From an uncultured bacterium (GTDB lineage: Bacteria; Acidobacteriota; HRBIN11; JAKEFK01): a stretch of DNA of 64,000 nucleotides. The stretch's first letter is position 1; the number at the start of each line of letters is the position of its first letter. The stretch is taken from assembly GCA_963777505.1 (NCBI GenBank), contig CAVZQN010000004.1:1408001-1472000 (forward strand). Reading direction: 5' to 3'. Below the pieces are notes generated by a model. That model was not told the DNA's origin. It saw only the letters and a program-made list of their open reading frames with translations, and did no database searches. This document shows, in pieces, positions 1 through 8,495 of this stretch. The position numbers and the translations under genes were made by a program.

Positions 1-1776
1 GATACGCACATTAGCAACTGAAATAGGAGCAGACGCTGTGCCTGCGACGTTCCATTCTACAGTTTCCGTCCCGCCGCCAGTCCATGTGATGGCTGTGTTG
101 GGATCCGTAACCAGGAAAGGTCCTGCGTTATTTTCAACAGTGATAAGTGCGGTGTCGTGTGTCACGCCGCCGCCACCAACGCGATTGTCGCGCACGGTCG
201 CACGAAAAGTGATCACGCGATCTGTTGTAGGCAGAGATTCGCCCAACGTTTCTGTGTTATTCAAAATGTCAGAAAGTTTTGGAAACGTGCGTGATGGAGA
301 AGTGGATGGCGTAAAGGTCCGGAAGATCGGACGCGTCCCATCGTCTGTATTTGGCGGTGAAGCCGTCCCCAGATTCAGTTGTTCCCAGTTATATGTTATT
401 GAATCACCATCAGGATCACTTCCCGTTGCAGTTAAAGTAAATGGAGTGCTTTTGGGAATTGTGTAATCGCTTCCTGCATTGCTGGTAGGAGGATTGTTTC
501 CTGTTGCAGTTTCCGTATCACAAGTTACAGCCGTGGCAAGGTTATTCACTATATCGAAACTGCCTACATGATATTGGCTAAGCTTTCCGCCAGCTAAGTT
601 TTCTGCACCACAAAGTCCGGCGTAGGACATGATTGTAGAACCACTGCCTGGTTCCCACGCAGTTGACGCACCGCGATTTCCACCGCCACAGTTACCAGTC
701 GTGCCATTAAAGGTATGATGCGAACCTAATTGATGTCCCACTTCATGCGCAACAAGTAATAGATAACCGTTTCCAGTTGGATTGGTTGATGTTGAAACAC
801 CTTGTGCTTTTAATCCTGCGTTGCATGGCGTACCGAGATACGCAACTCCATTTCCACCAAGACCTCCAAAAGCATGGCCAAGGTCATAGTTCGCTGTGCC
901 GATTTCCGCATCAATATTCGTCTGGTTTTCTCCAAGCATTGTATTGGCGTTAGTTCCAGTGTAAGGATCAGTTGCGGGATCGGTATAGATAATCTCCAGC
1001 TCATTGTTTATAAGTACTAAACGAATTGTAAATTCACGTTCCAAAATTGCATTCAAGCTATTTGTGGTGGGAATGATGCCATTGTTTAATGCCGCATCTT
1101 TTGTTCCCGGTGGAAATCGTTGTGTATATTCACCGTTTCCAGCAATAGCCATCGTGAAATTACGAAGAGTGGCACCGGATAAAGGGACGTTCGTTACATT
1201 TTGAGGCTGAGCGATTCTTTCTTTACCTGCCGTCAAACATTCAAAGGCTTCGACGGCATCATCATCGCCCCAATAACTAATGTAGTGTTGAAGGTCGCCA
1301 TGCTGATATGCACTGATAGAAAAATTTCTATCCGCTGTTAAAACGAATGCATGAAACCCACCGGATGTCCATCCAAAGCGTGCAGTCATCGTTGCATCAT
1401 CAACACCTTGTGCGCGGTACGTTTTTATTTCTGGAAATTTTGCTGCGAGTCCAGACTGCATAATAGGTGATTCTTCGATCCTGAAACGAAGATATCGCCC
1501 ATCAGGTATGGGCAGCGAAACAATCACACTAATGCTTTTTGAGGCAGGCGTAAATTCCATGGGTGCCTGCTTCAGGAGACTTTGCAATATGTCTTTGTTC
1601 AACCGGAAACTTAAATATGCTTTCGGTTCTGTTGATCGACTGGATGTTTTTTGAATTGATTCTTCTGAAATGCGCTGCCAGATTCCATCATCCGAAAAAT
1701 CAGACGCAATCGACAACTTGCTGAAGAAAATTAAAACCAGAGTGAAAAGAAGAAACCGCCCCCACTTAATTACCAT
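1..1776 (-). CDS. Secreted reprolysin-like (M12B-type) zinc metalloprotease, runs off the left edge
   Basis: Absent from the ORF track because it has no stop in the window. Manual translation gives a signal-like N-terminus (MVIKWGRFLLFTLVLIFF) and an in-frame zinc motif AHEVGHQLGSHH near 715-750, then WEPGSGSTIMSYAG (Met-turn). Confidence 0.85.
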   Translation of the reverse strand, partial: MVIKWGRFLLFTLVLIFFSKLSIASDFSDDGIWQRISEESIQKTSSRSTEPKAYLSFRLNKDILQSLLKQAPMEFTPASKSISVIVSLPIPDGRYLRFRIEESPIMQSGLAAKFPEIKTYRAQGVDDATMTARFGWTSGGFHAFVLTADRNFSISAYQHGDLQHYISYWGDDDAVEAFECLTAGKERIAQPQNVTNVPLSGATLRNFTMAIAGNGEYTQRFPPGTKDAALNNGIIPTTNSLNAILEREFTIRLVLINNELEIIYTDPATDPYTGTNANTMLGENQTNIDAEIGTANYDLGHAFGGLGGNGVAYLGTPCNAGLKAQGVSTSTNPTGNGYLLLVAHEVGHQLGSHHTFNGTTGNCGGGNRGASTAWEPGSGSTIMSYAGLCGAENLAGGKLSQYHVGSFDIVNNLATAVTCDTETATGNNPPTSNAGSDYTIPKSTPFTLTATGSDPDGDSITYNWEQLNLGTASPPNTDDGTRPIFRTFTPSTSPSRTFPKLSDILNNTETLGESLPTTDRVITFRATVRDNRVGGGGVTHDTALITVENNAGPFLVTDPNTAITWTGGGTETVEWNVAGTASAPISVANVRI

Positions 1777-1864
1777 TCGAGCCCCCATAACCTGTTTGAA
1801 CAGGCTTTTTTAATATTGTAGAGCTTGTGGGTTTAGGACGTCAATGGGAAAGTCAGAAGAAAGC

Positions 1865-1928
1865 GAGCAGGGGAACAGAGGGTAGGTCCTCTGCACCCCT
1901 GCTCCTCTGCACCTCGGCTCCCCGGCAG
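1865..1928. repeat. Inverted arrangement of degenerate 8-nt repeats (AGCAGGGG / CCCCTGCT)
   Basis: gagcaggggaacagaggg...cctctgcacccctgctcctctgcacctcggctcccc; same family at 39577 and 47499. Confidence 0.7.
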
Positions 1929-1981
1929 AAGCGCGTAGCTACACTGACTCGTGCTATGATCAAAGTGGAGATGATTCAGGG

Positions 1982-3208
1982 ATGGAGCTACGGGACCGTC
2001 TGCGTGCTCTAAAAATAGCTTCCTCGGACAAAAAGCCCGATCTGCCTCGAAAGATGGGCCCACTTCCAAGTCTTTTGTCGACGACAAACGCATCTGGCCA
2101 AACTTATATTTGCGACAAAATCTACATTGAATACCATGGTCAAATTGATCTTAAAAATTTTCCGGAAATTCCCGCTAGCTCGTTGCGTTTTCTTACCTTA
2201 GATCGATCTATCCAGGAATTTAACCTCCAAAAAACACTTTTCTTCGATATAGAAACGACCGGCACAGCTGGAGGGACAGGAACGTATGCATTTCTCGTGG
2301 GGTTCGGTTATGTAGAAGAGGGATATTTTCAAATCCGCCAGTTCTTTTTGCACGATTTAGCTGAGGAATCTGCTTTTTTGCAGGCGATTGTAGAATTTGT
2401 TGAGAATTATGATTGTCTCGTAACCTATAACGGAAAATGTTTCGATACTCAAATTCTGAAAAACCGCTATTTAATGCATCGCAGAGACGATCCTCTGGAA
2501 GGCAAGCAGCATGTCGACATGCTCTTCGTTGCACGCAGACTCTGGAAAAGAAAACATACGGAATGTGATCTGATCAATTTAGAACGCTGCGTCTTGCAAT
2601 TTTTTAGAGAAAATGACATTCCCGGTCAATTAATTCCAGCAGCGTATTCAAACTATCTTCGTTACGCGAATACGAATTTGATTCAAGAAGTGCTTCACCA
2701 CAATCAGCTTGATATTCTTTCGCTTGCTGTATTGACTGCAAAAGCCTGTCTACTACAACAAGCCTCGCATGAGGCTTCACCTGAAGAACACTTTTCGCTA
2801 GGGGTTCTTTATGAAAGACATAAGGAATATCGTCAGGCAATTGAGCATTTGATACAGGCACTCCAAACTGATTCGGCAAAATTCAAAGATCAAGCATTGA
2901 TGGCTATTGCACGAAACCTGAGAAGAGTGAAAGATGTTGATCGGATGCAGTGGCTTCTTAGAGAAACAGGTGAGCAGGTAAGTGATGGCGATTTGTGTAG
3001 AAAGTTATGCATACTTTGCGAACATGATATGAAAGATCCTGAACTGGCAATGCGTCTTGTTGAAGGACAAATCAAGCGTCATGAAAAATTTCGTGGAATC
3101 AGCAGTAAACATTCGGAAGCAATTATGCCGTGGTATCATCGGAAAAAGCGTCTTGAAATGAAGCTTACTAAGCTTAACCGCAAAGGCGCGGAGATTCTTA
3201 GCTTATGA
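1982..3208 (+). CDS. YprB-like RNase H-fold (DEDD) protein with C-terminal TPR-like helices
   Basis: Motifs FFDIETTG, LVTYNGKCFD, HVDML, HHNQLDILSL. Confidence 0.8.
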   Translation: MELRDRLRALKIASSDKKPDLPRKMGPLPSLLSTTNASGQTYICDKIYIEYHGQIDLKNFPEIPASSLRFLTLDRSIQEFNLQKTLFFDIETTGTAGGTGTYAFLVGFGYVEEGYFQIRQFFLHDLAEESAFLQAIVEFVENYDCLVTYNGKCFDTQILKNRYLMHRRDDPLEGKQHVDMLFVARRLWKRKHTECDLINLERCVLQFFRENDIPGQLIPAAYSNYLRYANTNLIQEVLHHNQLDILSLAVLTAKACLLQQASHEASPEEHFSLGVLYERHKEYRQAIEHLIQALQTDSAKFKDQALMAIARNLRRVKDVDRMQWLLRETGEQVSDGDLCRKLCILCEHDMKDPELAMRLVEGQIKRHEKFRGISSKHSEAIMPWYHRKKRLEMKLTKLNRKGAEILSL

Positions 3209-4170
3209 GTGAAATGAAGATCCCGCAGCTCCAAGATGTATTAAATGCTCGACGAATCATTCGGAAGTATTTGCCGCCGACCCCATTGCACAATTATCCA
3301 GCCCTCGATCAAATCGTTGGTGCACGCGTTTTCGTAAAGCATGAAAATTATCAGCCGATCGGCGCATTTAAAATTCGCGGTGGAATCAACATACTTGCAC
3401 AGTTAAATTCACAAGAAAGAGAAGCAGGTGTTGCAACGGCTTCTACAGGTAACCACGGACAATCCATTGCATATGCTGCGCGGATTTTTGGAGTGCATGC
3501 GACGATTTGTGTTCCTGAAAAAGCAAACCCAATCAAGGTGGAAGCGATTCGAAGTCATGGCGCAGAAATTATTGCTCATGGCAAGGACTTCGATGAAGCA
3601 AAAGATTTTTGCGAGACAATGGCGCGTGAAAGGAGGATGCGGTTTATTTCATCGGGTGATGAGCCACATCTGATTTCTGGTGTCGCTACCCATACACTTG
3701 AAATTATGGAAGAGCTGCCCGATGTTCAAACGATTATCGTTCCTGTGGGTGGGGGAAGTGGTTCATCCGGAGCCTGCCTGACCGCTAAGACTATGAATCC
3801 TTCAGTTGAAGTAATCGCGGTTCAAGCCAAGGCTGCGCCTGCCGCGTATTTGACATGGAAAAATCAAAAAGCAACAGAATCAAAAATGGAAACGATGGCG
3901 GAGGGCCTTGCCTGTCGTGTTCCTTTTATGCTTCCGCAGCAGATTTTGTGGAAGTACCTTGATGACTTCGTCTTAATCGAAGAAGATGAAATGAAAAGCG
4001 CGATTCGCATTTATCTTGAGAAAGCCAAAACGCTCAGTGAACCTGCTGGAGCTGCTTCACTTGCAGCTGCATTGCGATTGAAGGATCGCATCAAAGGGAA
4101 AACGATTGCTCTGATTTTGTCAGGTGGAAATATTACGCCCGATCAACTACGAGAGATTCTGAACCGCTAA
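3205..4170 (+). CDS. PLP-dependent threonine/serine dehydratase (catabolic type, no ACT domain)
   Basis: KHENYQPIGAFKIRG PLP lysine, STGNHGQ, VGGGSG, LSGGN. Confidence 0.9.
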   Translation: MSEMKIPQLQDVLNARRIIRKYLPPTPLHNYPALDQIVGARVFVKHENYQPIGAFKIRGGINILAQLNSQEREAGVATASTGNHGQSIAYAARIFGVHATICVPEKANPIKVEAIRSHGAEIIAHGKDFDEAKDFCETMARERRMRFISSGDEPHLISGVATHTLEIMEELPDVQTIIVPVGGGSGSSGACLTAKTMNPSVEVIAVQAKAAPAAYLTWKNQKATESKMETMAEGLACRVPFMLPQQILWKYLDDFVLIEEDEMKSAIRIYLEKAKTLSEPAGAASLAAALRLKDRIKGKTIALILSGGNITPDQLREILNR

Positions 4171-5217
4171 GACTCAGAGATTAGACCCAGAGGCACAAAG
4201 TTTGGGTTGATGTATTTTGTGCCGAGTTGGCCGCAAGCCGCACTGATATCAGGACCACGGCTTCTACGTACCGATACAATCCGTGCCACCATCCACTAAA
4301 ATTCCGGCAAATCTGCTGATCGTTTCATCATCAGGACGATCATAAGGCAAATGCGGATCAGGATTTAAGGGAATTAGATTGATCTTGCACCGTACAGCTT
4401 GTGTTGCTTCAAGAAGCTCATGAGCATGCTGCGCAGAATCATTCACACCTTTCAGCAAAACATATTCGAACGTAATGCGTTGTCTGTGACGCAGCGGTAG
4501 TTCCGTCAGTGTTTTGATTAATAATTCAATCGGATAGAGTCGATTGATAGGCATCAATTCACTTCGTAGTTTGTTATTCGGAGCATTGAGTGACACTGCA
4601 AGATTCGGAATTACTTTTTCATCTTTTAAACGCACCAAAGATGGAATGTATCCAACGGTTGATACCGTAATTCTTCGCGCTGAAATGGAAAGCCCTCGCT
4701 CATGTATCAGGATCCTGAACGCTTTCATAACATTGTCATAGTTGTGCATCGGTTCACCCATGCCCATAAAAACAATATTGAAAGCCTTCTCTCTTCCATG
4801 ACGCTGAATAGCAAGGAGGACTTGTCCCACAATTTCACCTGCAGATAAATGTCGCAGCAAGTTCATCCGGGCGGTCACACAGAATTTGCATCCAAAGGAG
4901 CAGCCTGACTGACTCGAAATGCAGAGAGTATCCCGCTTTTCGTCAGGCATATGGACTGCTTCGATGCTTTCGCCTGCTGTATTCAGAACGTACTTCGTTG
5001 TGCCATCGCTCGATTCCTGAAATTCCAATATGTTTGGCAGAGAGATGCTAAATCGTTGCGAAAGCTCCACGCGAAATTCCTGAGGCAAATTGCTCATCTT
5101 TTCGAAATCAAAGACATGCCGCGCATAGATCCATTCAAAAATCTGTGTCGCGCGGTATGCAGGCCCCTTAATAAGAGCTGCAATGTCTGGAATTTCAAGG
5201 CCTAAGATTTCTTGCAT
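4167..5217 (-). CDS. rlmN: 23S rRNA m2A2503 radical SAM methyltransferase RlmN (frameshift near 4282)
   Basis: CISSQSGCSFGCKFC and MGMGEP; the conserved end RRSRGPDISAACGQL lies in another frame that stops at 4167. Confidence 0.9.
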
Positions 5218-5242
5218 ATTGTCATTATAATTTGATTGTCAT

Positions 5243-7313
5243 ATGTCTGCTCCTTTTGAATATCCCAAGACCCGTAAGTCTGATGTAGCCGAAAATCTTC
5301 ACGGAACGCTTGTGGAGGATCCTTACCGCTGGCTTGAAGATCTGGATTCCGAAGAAACTCGTGCCTGGATTGAAGATCAAAATCGTTTGACCTTTTCCTT
5401 TCTGGAACAAATTCCCAACCGCGAAGAGATTAAGACCCGCCTTACGAAACTTTGGGACTACGAAAAATTCGGGGTTCCTCACCGCGAAGGTAAGCGTTAT
5501 TTCTTTTCAAAGAATGACGGACTTCAAAATCAATTTGTGTTGTACACGACTGAGTCCCTTCATCAAGAACCGCGCGTTCTGTTGGATCCAAACTTGCTTT
5601 CCAAGGATGGGACTGTTGCACTTACAGGTTATGCAATTAACGATGACGGAAATTTAATGGCGTACGGCCTTTCTTCTGCCGGTTCGGATTGGATGGATTG
5701 GAAAGTCCGTAATGTTGTAAGTGGAGAGGATCTTGCTGATGTTTTGAAGTGGATTAAATTTTCTTCCGCATCATGGACAAAAGACTCCTCCGGATTCTTT
5801 TACTCACGATACGCTGAGCCAGATCCCGAAACGACAATGGAGCAAACAAATTATTTTCAGAAACTGTACTTCCATAAACTCGGAACTCCGCAATCGCAAG
5901 ATATTCTGGTCTTCGAAAACCAGAGCGAACCTGAATGGGGTTTTAGCGGTTATGTTACCGAAGATGGCGAATACCTGATCATCACAGTTTCAAAAGGTAC
6001 AGACCCGCGCTATGCGGTGTACTACATAAACTTACGCTCTGCTGGAATGGAACGTTAAAAAGTTGCTTGGCGACTTTGATGCTGAATATTCCTTTATGGG
6101 AAATGAAGGAGAACGGTTCTGGTTTAAAACAAATCTGAATGCTCCACGCGGCCGTGTCATTGAAGTTCACTTATCAAATCCAGCGCGCGATCAATGGCGT
6201 GAAATAATTCCTGAGATGACCGACACTTTGGAGAATGCACGCATTTTGAATCGTCAGATCCTTGGGTCTTATTTGAAGGATGCTCATTCAGACATCCGAA
6301 TTTTCGATCTGAACGGCTCTTTCATTCGCGACCTGGAGCTTCCAGGCACTGGAACAGCCGGTGGGTTTTCAGGAAAACAAATTGATGAGGAGACGTTTTA
6401 TCATTTTACAAGTTACACGAGTCCAGTCATCATCTACCGGCTCGATTTAAATACTGGCAAATCAACAATAGTTTGGAAACCAAAATTACTCTTTGATCCC
6501 AATCAATTCGAAACCAGACAAGTGTTTTTTGTAAGCAAGGATGGAACCAGAGTGCCGATGTTCATAAGCCATCGAAAAGGCTTGGCTCTGGATGAAAATA
6601 ACAAAACTTATTTATATGGATACGGCGGGTTCAACATTTCGATGACGCCGGCATTTAGTGTTGCAATGCTTGTTTGGATGGAAATGGGTGGTGTCTTTGC
6701 TCTGGCGAATTTGCGCGGCGGCGGTGAATATGGTGAAGATTGGCATCGTGCCGGTACAGTTCGTAATAAACAAAATGTGTTCGATGATTTTATTGCTGCG
6801 GCAGAGTGGCTGATCAGCAACAAATATACAAAGCCTTCATTGTTGGCAATCGGTGGTGGCTCGAATGGAGGTTTGCTCGTTACAGCAGCTATGATTCAAC
6901 GTCCTGATCTGTTTGGAGCAGTCATGCCTTCAGTTGGAGTCATGGACATGCTTCGTTTCCATAAATTTACGATCGGTTGGGCATGGATTGATGATTATGG
7001 AAACCCTGAGAATCCTGAACATTTCCGCGCGTTATATGCATATTCTCCACTTCATAATGTAAAGAAAGGGGTTTCATATCCTGCTGTGATGCTGACAACG
7101 GCTGATCATGATGACAGAGTTGTGCCTTCGCATAGTTTTAAATTCGCCGCAGCGCTGCAAGATGCTCAGGCAGGAGATTCACCGATACTCATTCGCGTTG
7201 ATGTTCGTGCAGGGCATGGCGCAGGTAAGCCGACTTCTAAGATGATCGATGAGATTTCGGATAAATGGGCTTTTTTGATGGAAATTTTGAACCGCAAAGA
7301 CACAGACCGTTAA
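5243..7313 (+). CDS. Prolyl oligopeptidase (S9A), split into two ORFs by a frameshift near 6050
   Basis: EDPYRWLED N-terminus and propeller region in ORF1; GGSNGG, DHDDRV and AGHGAG catalytic motifs in ORF2. Confidence 0.9.
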
Positions 7314-8368
7314 GTGTGTAGGACGGTTCGATTGCGGCCTGCTTCTTTTGCGCGATAGAGCGCTTGATCTGCAAGTTTGATGAGGTCTTCGATATTTTGT
7401 GCCGGTGAAATAGGATAGCAAGAAATTCCAATGCTTACTGTTGCAAAACGTTCTGCATCGGAAGTGTCCATGCTTTCGAAAGTTTTGCGGATCCGTTCTG
7501 CAAGCAGCACGGCACCATCGGACGCGGTTTCTGGAAGCAGAATCATAAACTCATCACCGCCGTAACGTGAGATCACATCTTCAAGGCGGCAGATAGACCG
7601 AAGTGTTGATGCAATTTTTCGTAAAACCACATCACCATGATCATGTCCGCGAGTATCATTGATCATTTTGAATCGATCCACATCAATCATCAAAATACTC
7701 AAAGGACGCTGACGTCTGAGCGCGCGTTTCCATTCGACTTGTGCTGCCGCAGTTGTGTAATGCCGTTGAAACAATCGGGTAAGCCCATCAAGAGAGGCCA
7801 TTTCAAACAAGTATGCATTTTCCAGCGCGAGCCCCGCGTTCAATGCAAGCGCATTCACGATCGCTTCTTCCATTTCGGTAAATGGTGTAGGACTTCTGCT
7901 GTCTTCATAGAGCACGCCAACGATCTTGCGTGTATCACTGATCCCCTGAATCGAACGATACGCAAACAAAGGCACACAGAAACCACTTTGAATTTTAAGA
8001 GCTCTCACACTATCACTTGTGAATTTGGACGTGTTGTTAAATGAAAATACTTTTTGTTGATCTACGGCTTTGCGGATCATCGTCTTGCTGACTTTGAATT
8101 GTTCTGAAGCGAGATTGTTCCCAGTATTATCGCGGCCGAGACGGAATTCAAGCTCCCGATCCTGATTAAACATCATGATGAAGCCACGCTGCATTCCGGT
8201 GAGTTCAAGCGCTGAATCAAGAACAATTTGAAGTGCTTTTTCGAGATCTAATGTGCTATGTAAGGTGTGGGTGTTTTTTAATAGCTTAAGCAGATTTTGT
8301 AGTTTTGCATCCCGGTTACGAGATGCATCGCTCACCTTATTCCCCATCCTTGGATTATTGTCTACCAA
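7310..8368 (-). CDS. GAF-domain diguanylate cyclase
   Basis: DGLT, IDVDRFKMINDTRGH, I-site RLED and active site GGDEF; GAF-like N-terminal half. Confidence 0.9.
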   Translation of the reverse strand: MVDNNPRMGNKVSDASRNRDAKLQNLLKLLKNTHTLHSTLDLEKALQIVLDSALELTGMQRGFIMMFNQDRELEFRLGRDNTGNNLASEQFKVSKTMIRKAVDQQKVFSFNNTSKFTSDSVRALKIQSGFCVPLFAYRSIQGISDTRKIVGVLYEDSRSPTPFTEMEEAIVNALALNAGLALENAYLFEMASLDGLTRLFQRHYTTAAAQVEWKRALRRQRPLSILMIDVDRFKMINDTRGHDHGDVVLRKIASTLRSICRLEDVISRYGGDEFMILLPETASDGAVLLAERIRKTFESMDTSDAERFATVSIGISCYPISPAQNIEDLIKLADQALYRAKEAGRNRTVLHT

Positions 8369-8432
8369 ATGTTGCGGGAACGCAAAAAGAAGATTCCCTG
8401 ACGAGAGAACAGAATAGCTGCTACTCTACGGC

Positions 8433-8470
8433 AAAAAAAAGCGTTCTCCCCGCCGAAGCGGAGAGAACGC
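8433..8470 (-). terminator. Intrinsic terminator after the Ig/cadherin-repeat gene
   Basis: Stem GCGTTCTC..CCGC-CGAA-GCGG..GAGAACGC next to A8 (U8 on the minus strand). Confidence 0.8.
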
Positions 8471-8495
8471 CTTAGGATTAGTGCTGATCGCTAGA

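Noticed and set aside
38-466. Plus-strand 142-aa ORF and other short antisense ORFs in the track
   Set aside because: They lie opposite well-supported genes and have no recognisable motifs.
1982-3208. YprB-like nuclease as part of a defence island
   Set aside because: No helicase partner or other defence genes are adjacent; the neighbours are metabolic.
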